A stretch of 55,201 nucleotides of DNA from a candidate division FCPU426 bacterium (GTDB taxonomy: Bacteria; Oederibacteriota; JAAXVQ01; JAUVAV01), in assembly GCA_030637655.1 (NCBI GenBank), contig DAOWGI010000115.1, positions 1 through 55,201 of the forward strand, in the 5' to 3' direction. This document shows positions 39,509 through 47,446 of this stretch, one piece after another. Position 1 is the first letter of the stretch; each line of letters begins with the position of its first letter. The translations under genes were made by a program, and so were the position numbers. Below the pieces are notes generated by a model. The model worked only from the letters and a program-made list of their open reading frames with translations, ran no database searches and had not been told where the DNA came from.

Positions 39509-39735
39509 GTAACATATCAGTGAAGTGCTGTGCTTTGTCAAATAACCCGGAAACATATGGTCTGCTGATTTATTTTTTCCCAGGGGGAAAGCGCGCACTT
39601 ACCCTGCCGGATACGAAAGTCTAAATAAGTTGGCTGTTCGGCAATTTTGAATTTGCATATTCGGAGGCAAGTCGCGTCCCTGGGAAAAAATAAATCAGCA
39701 GACCATATGTCTTTCTCGCTTCACTGACATATTAC
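39509..39735. mobile_element. MITE copy 5 (227 bp) with nested 156-bp IR-bounded core
   Basis: TIR gtaacatatcagtgaag/cttcactgacatattac; TSD GCTATTTA/ACTATTTA; core 39554-39709. Confidence 0.9.
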
Positions 39736-39785
39736 ACTATTTACAAGACTTAGACACTCACAAATATTAAAAAAAGCCTCGTGTG

Positions 39786-40058
39786 AACGGGGACGTTGTT
39801 TAGTTGTCCAGTTGATATTTGCGATATTTTTTTAAAAAAAGTGAAAGGGAAATGGAAGAAAAGAAATGGAAGACTAATAAAGCCCGGAAAGCGCGAGCGC
39901 TGGTTGTCTATTCAGCAAAGAAAGGTTTGAAAAAAACGGATAAGGACTTATCGGCATATTTCAAAATAAGCCGATCGGAAATATATTATTTAGTTAACCA
40001 GGGTAAAATTATATAAGAGGAATCAGGTGACAACTGGACAACAAAACAACGTCCCGTT
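39786..40058 (+). mobile_element. Internally deleted element with ~28-bp IRs, retaining the C-terminal HTH of a RAYT-like transposase (39819-40016)
   Basis: aacggggacgttgtttagttgtccagttg ... caactggacaacaaaacaacgtcccgtt; ARALVVYSAKKGLKKTDKDLSAYFKISRSEIYYLV. Confidence 0.65.
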
Positions 40059-40073
40059 AGTTTACGTTAGTTT

Positions 40074-40268
40074 AGTAATCCCATAAAGCAAATCGCCTCC
40101 AGCGGCATTTGCAAAGGATGAAATATCCGCTAAGAATTCTCGTTTATCCTGATCAGAATTGCCTGGCAAAGATTCTTTGTATTCAATAGTCCGACTTTCT
40201 TGAATCTGGTTACTAATCAATAATTCAATATCTGACTTTTTAATGCCATCAATAGATTTTTCTCACAT
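40074..40268 (-). pseudogene. Schlafen/AlbA_2 domain N-terminal remnant
   Basis: M*EKSIDGIKKSDIELLISNQIQESRTIEYKESLPGNSDQDKREFLADISSFANAAGGDLLYGIT; stop at codon 2; ends next to the 40031-40058 IR. Confidence 0.8.
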
Positions 40269-40315
40269 ATTTTTCTCAAACAAGTAAAAGCAGAGGAACT
40301 CTACAACATCCCTGT

Positions 40316-40597
40316 TCACTGGTATTCAGAAAAATAATCGGCTAAACTCGTCCCTTTATAGAACACATCACATAGCAAACGACCATATGTAAACTTAATA
40401 GCATTTTTGATTTCAACTTCTTTACCAAGTATTAAGCTCGTCAATTTATCCTTCGCAGCTTGATACCCTGCCTGACCCTGCTCAGGAGTATTATATCCAT
40501 TTGCCCGTATAACGTTTCCTTCTTGGTTATTCCATTTCCAATCAGGCAAAACCTCAAAAGTATCACCATCAATCACTTTTGTGACCTTAAAGCTCAT
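40316..40597 (-). CDS. Small thermonuclease (SNase-fold) protein
   Basis: VTKVIDGDTF, NTPE, YGRLLCDV; AAGGAG RBS. Confidence 0.85.
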   Translation of the reverse strand: MSFKVTKVIDGDTFEVLPDWKWNNQEGNVIRANGYNTPEQGQAGYQAAKDKLTSLILGKEVEIKNAIKFTYGRLLCDVFYKGTSLADYFSEYQ

Positions 40598-40722
40598 ATT
40601 GATCTCCTTTCCTTTTTAATTGGGCATACTTTTCCTCTTAATTTTCTTGATATTAATTGCGTAAAAAAAACCATCTAATAATATATGCACATCTCGCAAA
40701 AATTATTATCAAATAATTCCAA

Positions 40723-41022
40723 TCAACTACCGCTTACGTCTTGGGTGTTATTTTCTGAATCTTGTCCGCCTTCTTCACCTCCTTCTTCACCTCCTTGATT
40801 TCCTGCTTGCTCACTAGATGGGTTTTCACTATCAGAAGCACCTTGTGTGTTCCCACTATCACCTGGAGCACTTTGTGATGGTTTAGACTCGACGCTGCCA
40901 AAGGGGATTGAAAACTTACCCTCTTTTGGTTCCTGCGAATTTTCTTGTGGTTCAGTGCTACCAAATGCTATCGATTCGTCAAGTTTTTTCGTTCGTTCCG
41001 ATCGTTTCTCTTTTTCTGTCAT
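40723..41022 (-). CDS. Acidic low-complexity hypothetical protein
   Basis: AGGAGG RBS; 99 aa with repeated SIxFGS and GGEE motifs. Confidence 0.6.
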   Translation of the reverse strand: MTEKEKRSERTKKLDESIAFGSTEPQENSQEPKEGKFSIPFGSVESKPSQSAPGDSGNTQGASDSENPSSEQAGNQGGEEGGEEGGQDSENNTQDVSGS

Positions 41023-41038
41023 AACGTCCTCCTAAAAT

Positions 41039-41443
41039 TCAAATGATCTTTATCCAAAGATTAATAATTCCAAAAATAGCAATAAATAAAATGCCGATTA
41101 TCAGTGTCCATATCATTAGTATGCACTTCGCTTCTTTATCACGATCAAGCTTTTTGGCCTCATTGTATTTTTTTTCTAAAGCCAATCGACCTGACTCAAC
41201 ATTCTGAAAGCGAATAAATGCCGATAAACCAATTGTTGTTATTAACGACATCCATCCAAGCCCCAATAATATCAACGAGTATTTATTGGGGGTTCCAACT
41301 ATTTTTTCCAGAAAAAACAGTGTGCCGCCCAGGAAGGCGCTGGCAACCGTTAAAACCAGTGTGTAGAATCCACCTGCCTCTTTAACTATCGAATTGAAAA
41401 TTACATCTTCCGAGACTTTATCGCCATTTGTTCCTTTCCCCAT
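41039..41443 (-). CDS. Three-TM hypothetical membrane protein
   Basis: GGAGG RBS; three hydrophobic segments. Confidence 0.7.
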   Translation of the reverse strand: MGKGTNGDKVSEDVIFNSIVKEAGGFYTLVLTVASAFLGGTLFFLEKIVGTPNKYSLILLGLGWMSLITTIGLSAFIRFQNVESGRLALEKKYNEAKKLDRDKEAKCILMIWTLIIGILFIAIFGIINLWIKII

Positions 41444-41455
41444 CCGAAAGCCTCC

Positions 41456-41726
41456 TTATCTTTTGTCTTTTATCTTTTTCACTTGATGTTCGTGCGTATC
41501 ATTTAAAAACTCCGCTAGAGTTTTAGCGACATTTATAGTAAGTTTTGCGTGGCGCTCTGCTGGCTTATAATTCGTAGCATGCGCATCACTCATTTTATTC
41601 CGTAATCCAGCCAACCCAAAAACTATGGAAGATAAACCTGTTAAGATCTGTTTTAAAACATTATCAATATCTTTACATGATGGATCCAATTTCATCAACT
41701 TTTTAACTCTATTATAAATACACACT
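41456..41726 (-). pseudogene. Abortive-infection C-terminal (Abi_C) domain remnant, 5'-truncated
   Basis: LKQILTGLSSIVFGLAGLRNKMSDAHATNYKPAERHAKLTINVAKTLAEFL; the listed ATG (41749) lies inside a hairpin repeat. Confidence 0.75.
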
Positions 41727-41798
41727 GGGCTAACATCTTCATTTGTCATTAGTCAATTTGGCCAGCTCCTATCAAATGACAAATAAAGATGTGACCTC
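41727..41798. repeat. Long hairpin repeat
   Basis: acatcttcatttgtcatt (41733-41750) pairs with aatgacaaataaagatgt (41775-41792), 17/18. Confidence 0.7.
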
Positions 41799-41855
41799 GT
41801 CCTTTTAAACGGTTCCAATTAACCAGAGTTATTTGGGTTCGGATTTTTGTTTTAT

Positions 41856-42575
41856 CTATTCTTTAATTTCAAAAACATTTAAACTTTTAATTAACTTTAG
41901 TAAATCCTTCGATGATTTATATTTTCTGATTTTTCCATTGTTTTCCCACTCTTCCGGAGGTATATTTTCAAAAAGTTCGCTATCACTAGATATTGTTTCA
42001 ACTCTCGCTAGTAAATATCCTACTAAATCTGCATATAATATGCCCACTGTGTGATAACACGATCCAGAACTAGATACATTTTCCAAAAGTATATAACCCT
42101 TCTTTTTCACTACAGAAACAACCGAATCATATACCTCTCTTGGCGAAATATCTTTACGTTGATCATAATGTAAACACAAAACGTCTTTGCCCTGTTTTTT
42201 TTGTGCTCTCTGAAGAGCTTTGTCTAGTAATTGTGGCAGCAAAGAAAGATAATCATCTTTTTGTTTTCCTGAATTGTTCTTAGAAACATAATAAAATTTC
42301 ATTCTGGAATTCTTTTTCGCATTAAGTTTGAGAATTTTTTCGGCAATCTCGATTCTTTTTTCTACTTCTATGTCTATATCCCCTTTCGATGCAGAAAACA
42401 GATATGATCCTTTGAATTCTATGTCTTTTCGCCATCCACCCCCAACGAGAATTTGTTGAAACTCCTCTTTGACTTTCCTGTAAAAAGAGCTGTCAATAAC
42501 AACACACGAAAGTCCAAAATATTCCAGACATTTCGAATCGCCTGTTTCATCTATAAAAACAAGTTTCATCTTCAT
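41856..42575 (-). CDS. DUF3800-family protein (RNase H-like fold)
   Basis: N-terminal FIDETGD, IEFKGS, C-terminal ILYADLVGY. Confidence 0.75.
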   Translation of the reverse strand: MKMKLVFIDETGDSKCLEYFGLSCVVIDSSFYRKVKEEFQQILVGGGWRKDIEFKGSYLFSASKGDIDIEVEKRIEIAEKILKLNAKKNSRMKFYYVSKNNSGKQKDDYLSLLPQLLDKALQRAQKKQGKDVLCLHYDQRKDISPREVYDSVVSVVKKKGYILLENVSSSGSCYHTVGILYADLVGYLLARVETISSDSELFENIPPEEWENNGKIRKYKSSKDLLKLIKSLNVFEIKE

Positions 42576-42688
42576 CTCGCCTTTCGAGCGTAAGGGAACT
42601 GTGTGATCTTCCCCCGAAACCGTTAAAATACTCTCCGCATCCTCTCAGGATGCGGAGGACAAGCCAAGGGGGTGTTTGCATTTATTTC

Positions 42689-42887
42689 GGGCGAATACAA
42701 GATTCGCCCCTACGTTATTATCGGGCAACCAGCCGGTCGCCTTACAATTATTTCAATAATCGGGAAAGTTGTCCGAATAACCGGTTTTCTCCATTTCCAA
42801 CCAACCACCCCGGCCTTTTTGTCTGTAGGGAACGGTCGCGACCGTTCCCTACAATTATATCCATTCCGGTTGGGGGACCTTCCCTAC
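42689..42887. repeat. Cluster of GTAG-REP hairpins
   Basis: gggcgaatacaagattcgcccctac, gggcaaccagccggtcgccttac, perfect tgtagggaacggtcgcgaccgttccctaca (42824-42853). Confidence 0.8.
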
Positions 42888-42937
42888 GATTAAATGCGGT
42901 TTTTTTTAATTTGGCTTATTGTCTATGGCATGGGAAC

Positions 42938-42991
42938 CGGGACGTTCATGACTTTATGATTTAAGCTAAGTCATTAAATCTCTACGTCCCC
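42938..42991. repeat. GGGACGT...ACGTCCCC mini-element (same termini as 39786-40058)
   Basis: cgggacgttcatgactt...aagtcattaaatctctacgtcccc. Confidence 0.55.
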
Positions 42992-43065
42992 TACCTTACT
43001 CAACTTATTCTTTCTTTGGGCATAAGCTGTAAATCATCATAAAATGGCTCATAAATATAATCCAG

Positions 43066-43306
43066 AATGACGGATTCCGGATTATATACTGCGCCCATCG
43101 TTCCAGGCCTGACTTCGCTTCCCTTTTGACCGGTTCTCCATTGTGCACACTGAAGCCGCTATTTTTCCAATGCTTCCTAGAGACGCGATTAATCGCGTCT
43201 CTACAATTTTTGCCAATTTCCTTTCTGCCACCAGCATGCGAATTACTCTGCCACGCAGCGTTTCTTCCAATACCTTGATATTTATCCGGGGCATGACATA
43301 AAACAT
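43066..43306 (-). pseudogene. IS91-like (Y2 HUH) transposase fragment disrupted by a REP palindrome
   Basis: FYVMPRINIKVLEETLRGRVIRML... then, frameshifted, WKNSGFSVHNG...GLERWAQYIIRNP; REP at 43178-43204. Confidence 0.75.
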
Positions 43307-43364
43307 TCTCTGTTTGGTTAGACATGGCTTTCAGCTTTTTCTTGCGGAATTCATTAAAAATAAT

Positions 43365-44501
43365 TCAGACTCTTCCCAGCAGCTGTTGATACACACCTCG
43401 ATATAATGACACAATCCGTTTCCAGGAAAAATATTGGGCCGCGCTTAAAGCGCCCGCTTGCAGGCGTTGGATCAAAACAGGATCTTTCAGCACTAGTTTG
43501 ATTCCTTCTGCCAATGCTTTATCATCATTGGGAAGCACACCCCAAAAGTGTTTGCCATGGGTCAATTGCTCCAACAGCAGCATGGAATCCGTGCTAATCA
43601 CGGCTTTTCCATAGGCCAGCAGGGCAATCAGAGAGCTGCGGTTTAATTGCACGCCTTCGGTGTAGGGTTGTACGGCAAGCGAAAATTTGGCAAACACATC
43701 AGCAATATGATCTGTTGCCAGGTATCCGGTAAAGTGAATATCCTCACTGAGTCCCAGGCTCTGAATCATATCATGTACTTTTTTATGATACGCGTAGCGC
43801 TGAGGTTCAAGCGCGCCCACAACAACCAAACCTATATTCTGCTGCTCGTTTTTCAAGCGACGTAAGGCTGGAAGCATAATTTCCCACCCTTTGTTGGGCA
43901 TGACTGTGCCGAAGTGAAGCAACCAGGTCTTTTGTTGATCCGGCAAAACAAAAGACCTTTCTCCGGCTGCCGGATTTTCCTCCAAACTCCCGACATTGCT
44001 GCCTAGAGGAATCACCTGAATGCCGGCAGTTCGCGCGGCATGGTTTTGTTGGACTTGGCTTTGATCCCATTGATTGGTACAGATCACGCGCTGGGCAAAC
44101 CGGATTGCCGGCCAGAGACGCAATCGTCCTTTAGTCGTATACGTGCCGTATTCATGCAAAGTCAGCACACGCCTCCACTGTGGACGCCGCCAGTGCAACC
44201 AGGCAAAAAGCAGATTCGGTGCCAGCCCTTTTTCAAAACCTGCGCTTGGATAATGAAGATTCACCACCTCCGGTTGGATGCGATCCAGTAGTCGTACAAT
44301 GGTTTTTATTCCTGGTGCCTGCCAATGATCGATTTCCGGATACACCTTTATATGGGCGGATGCTTTCACCTCCGCTTGACACGAAGTGATCACCGAAACG
44401 CTTTCTCCGGCTATATCCAGCTTTTCAGCCAGACAGCGAACTTGATCACCAACCCCGCAGCGGGTATTTGGATAAGATCCTGAAATTAAACAAATCTTCA
44501 T
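43365..44501 (-). CDS. Glycosyltransferase family 4
   Basis: GSYPNTRCGVGD, TLHEY, FGTVMPNKG. Confidence 0.85.
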   Translation of the reverse strand: MKICLISGSYPNTRCGVGDQVRCLAEKLDIAGESVSVITSCQAEVKASAHIKVYPEIDHWQAPGIKTIVRLLDRIQPEVVNLHYPSAGFEKGLAPNLLFAWLHWRRPQWRRVLTLHEYGTYTTKGRLRLWPAIRFAQRVICTNQWDQSQVQQNHAARTAGIQVIPLGSNVGSLEENPAAGERSFVLPDQQKTWLLHFGTVMPNKGWEIMLPALRRLKNEQQNIGLVVVGALEPQRYAYHKKVHDMIQSLGLSEDIHFTGYLATDHIADVFAKFSLAVQPYTEGVQLNRSSLIALLAYGKAVISTDSMLLLEQLTHGKHFWGVLPNDDKALAEGIKLVLKDPVLIQRLQAGALSAAQYFSWKRIVSLYRGVYQQLLGRV

Positions 44502-44617
44502 AGAAAAACCTCAAAAAGTATTCAGAGTACAGGAGTCAGAAGCCGGAATAAAATTAATGAACACTTTCATTTTAGAAAAGCGTTCTTTTCTGAGTCTTGT
44601 TTTATAGCCTTTGCTTT

Positions 44618-46771
44618 TCATACTTCATTCTGTATTCTTTTTTCAAACAACACCACAACATTCATCATCCAGTACTGTGCATAGCGTTCTTCCAATGTTT
44701 TCCACATTTCCGGCCGGCAAGGCTGGATTTTGGTGCGTAACCATAATAAAATATCTGCTTTTCCTCCCCAATAGCCATATCCTCCGGCCTGGATCAGTTT
44801 CCAGGCAAACGGCTGAGCAAGCGAACGTAAATCCCCGGCGGTATACTGGGTTTCCCAGCCCCAGGGCCAATCTCCCAGCCAGCGATGCCTCAACTTGATT
44901 AACGTATAGGGATTAAACGTCTGCGGGACATCAATAATTATAAAGCCTCCCGGTTTAAGCAAGCGGTTCATCTCTGTTAAAACCGGCTGAGGATCAGGAA
45001 AATGCTCCAGCAAGCCTTGGGAAAAAATTACATCCAAGGATTCTGCCAACAGCCCGGTTTTCCGAACATCCGCCTGGTGCAATATAATACTTCGCTTTAA
45101 TTGACGCGCGGCAGTTGCCGCCAGTTTTAACGCTGAAGCAAAACGATCCAAAGCGTGAACTTCCCGTCGTGGCTGTTTGGCCAAATTCAGAGCATCCAGG
45201 GCAGGACCACAACCAACCTCCAGTATCTTCGGGCGGGTCTTCTTTTTCAAGGCCCGGTTCAACAAGGCATACAAAGGCTTGCGGCCCTGGCTTCTTTCTT
45301 TCAACTGTTTTTTCCAACTCACTTTTTTTTCGCTTAGCCATACTTTTTCAAATACCTGTTTACGTTCCGGTCCGGCCTTTCCCGGCCTACGGCTAACAAC
45401 AACCAGGGTCGCGGATAAGAACAAAGCCATATGCATGCCGCGATCATGGATCAAGCAATGCTCAAAACAATTGGCCGCCACAAAACCTGCCAGACTCGCG
45501 CTCAACACCCAACCCATGGCTGACGGCCATCCGGACGGAAGTCGGCCTACTTGCTTAAATAAAACCTTGGCAGCACGAACACCGGCCCACAGCAAAGCAA
45601 CAAGTCCTACAAATCCGGTTTCTGCCAGTACCATGAGCCATAGAGAATGCGGATGCGTAATCACACCAATCGGATTGATATCACTGCCGGCCAGGGCCGG
45701 TGCTAAAAAGCGATACATACCAGGTCCGATTCCCACCCACGGTGATTGCAAAAATAATTTCCCCACCACGCTCACATAGGCAAAGCGATCCATGAGCGAC
45801 ATCCATTTGGTTTCCCAAAATGAATTGGCAAGCCAGTCCGGCTGCCGGAACACAAACAAGATAAAAACACCGGCAGTCATGGTAATCAACCACATACGAA
45901 AACGGATCAATTTCCAGAAGAGATAAAACACCATAACTACGACCACGGTCCCCAATACCACCAGACCGGTAAATGAAAAGGTGAGGAGCAGAGCAGCCAA
46001 TAAAATCGGTGTTGCCAACAAACCCAAAAGACGTCCGCTGCTACGCGGATAAAATAAAGCTGCCGCCGCGGTAAAGGGCAGCAGCATGGACACAAAAACC
46101 GCCAGCGTATTCGGCCCAAAGCCGGCGCCGGCCCGGACCATCTCTCCTCTACTGGTCATAATACGCAAGACCTGAGGATCATCCGTAATCCCGGTCATGG
46201 TTTGCGTTATTCCCTGCCAGGCTGTGACTATTCCAGCCAGCACCAGGGTCCAGATCAGCAGCTCTGCTTCTTTTCCACGCCGCAATATATGCGCACCCAG
46301 GATAGCCACCAGGATAAATTCCATCCAGCGCAAGGCACCCTTCATGGCAATCGGTGTCAGGGCTGTAAATGCCGAAACCACCACCACCAGGGCAAAAGGC
46401 AACAACCAGATCGCCACTGGATTGGCCGTACGCTGCCAGGCACGCTGCCGAACAATATGCCACAGCCAGCCGGGCAAACAAACGAACAACAGCATTTCAC
46501 CGGTATAGACTGTACCCCAACCCCACAATTCTCTAGCTTGTTCAAAAGGAAGTAAAAAACCGAAAAGCAGGAGCGCTCCCAGCGGAGCGGCAAATGAGAG
46601 CAGCAAGGCCATCAAACCGACCAGCAAGAGACTGAGTGCCTGGGTTGGAAAAAAAAGATAGACAAGAGCAGCTAGGCACACACCACCGGTCTTCAGAGTT
46701 TTTCTCTGTAGTTCGGTTTTTAGCTGTGGAAATACTCTGCAGCCGAATTCTGTCACTTGTTGCAATGCCAT
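44618..46771 (-). CDS. Wzy/WaaL (O-antigen ligase family) protein fused to a class I SAM methyltransferase
   Basis: Multi-TM N-terminus with GIGPG..HPHSLWLMVLAETGFVGL; C-terminal ILEVGCG, FSQGLLEHF, LLKPGG. Confidence 0.85.
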   Translation of the reverse strand: MALQQVTEFGCRVFPQLKTELQRKTLKTGGVCLAALVYLFFPTQALSLLLVGLMALLLSFAAPLGALLLFGFLLPFEQARELWGWGTVYTGEMLLFVCLPGWLWHIVRQRAWQRTANPVAIWLLPFALVVVVSAFTALTPIAMKGALRWMEFILVAILGAHILRRGKEAELLIWTLVLAGIVTAWQGITQTMTGITDDPQVLRIMTSRGEMVRAGAGFGPNTLAVFVSMLLPFTAAAALFYPRSSGRLLGLLATPILLAALLLTFSFTGLVVLGTVVVVMVFYLFWKLIRFRMWLITMTAGVFILFVFRQPDWLANSFWETKWMSLMDRFAYVSVVGKLFLQSPWVGIGPGMYRFLAPALAGSDINPIGVITHPHSLWLMVLAETGFVGLVALLWAGVRAAKVLFKQVGRLPSGWPSAMGWVLSASLAGFVAANCFEHCLIHDRGMHMALFLSATLVVVSRRPGKAGPERKQVFEKVWLSEKKVSWKKQLKERSQGRKPLYALLNRALKKKTRPKILEVGCGPALDALNLAKQPRREVHALDRFASALKLAATAARQLKRSIILHQADVRKTGLLAESLDVIFSQGLLEHFPDPQPVLTEMNRLLKPGGFIIIDVPQTFNPYTLIKLRHRWLGDWPWGWETQYTAGDLRSLAQPFAWKLIQAGGYGYWGGKADILLWLRTKIQPCRPEMWKTLEERYAQYWMMNVVVLFEKRIQNEV

Positions 46772-46801
46772 CAGTAGGAGCTAACCATTTCGTTCTTTTT
46801 T

Positions 46802-47296
46802 TTATTCATGCGAAACTTGAGCAACACTTTTCTCTTCTTTATAGACTTCCACCCGGGTGACCATACCGGACAATTCTACTTTTTGTGTGGTCACCAAGCA
46901 CCAGACTCCGGCTTTGAGTCCACAGGGTTCACGAGGAAAACCCGGGCAGTCACGCACCAGACGCAAGGCACCATCCACACGCATTGCCAGTTTCACATCC
47001 TGCTTGCCTGCCAAAGGAACCTGAATCCCCGGCACATCCCTGGCCGCAACCGGTTGCACGGATAATATCTCACCTATTTTTTCACCCTGTCGATTGAGCA
47101 ACGCGTTTCCCGGATCCAACTGCGCCACCACTTCAGGTAAGGGTTTGGGCACGCGTACAATCACCAGTGCCACTCCTACAAAATCTTTTTCAATGGCGCT
47201 GCGTGAAATCGAATACTGCACCACCATCACCGCGGCAGCCATAGCCAAGGTTAAAGCAATCACATCCCACCAGCGAAGTGTCCAGTCTGATTTCAT
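46802..47296 (-). CDS. Membrane-anchored hypothetical protein (DUF4330-like)
   Basis: One N-terminal TM, GEKIGEILSV, LKAG...VELSGMV. Confidence 0.55.
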   Translation of the reverse strand: MKSDWTLRWWDVIALTLAMAAAVMVVQYSISRSAIEKDFVGVALVIVRVPKPLPEVVAQLDPGNALLNRQGEKIGEILSVQPVAARDVPGIQVPLAGKQDVKLAMRVDGALRLVRDCPGFPREPCGLKAGVWCLVTTQKVELSGMVTRVEVYKEEKSVAQVSHE

Positions 47297-47323
47297 GATA
47301 TACTCCTTTATAATTTATCTGTT

Positions 47324-47439
47324 GGGCAGACACACAGGTCTGCCCCTACGATTCATTTATTTTATCTGGCGGGCGAACACAAGGTTCGCCCCTACGGTTC
47401 ATTGGTTTTATCTGGTGGGCGAGGACACCTCGCCCCTAC
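47324..47439 (-). repeat. Tandem array of three GTAG-REP hairpins
   Basis: gggcagacacacaggtctgcccctac, gggcgaacacaaggttcgcccctac (identical to 16117), gggcgaggacacctcgcccctac. Confidence 0.85.
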
Positions 47440-47446
47440 GATTCAT

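Noticed and set aside
26148-39735. Composite transposon bounded by MITE copies 3 and 5
   Set aside because: The outer flanks (GGATTTAC vs ACTATTTA) do not match, and copy 5 has its own TSD.
42650-42964. Plus-strand 104-aa and 73-aa ORFs
   Set aside because: Read-through of REP hairpins with no protein-like features.
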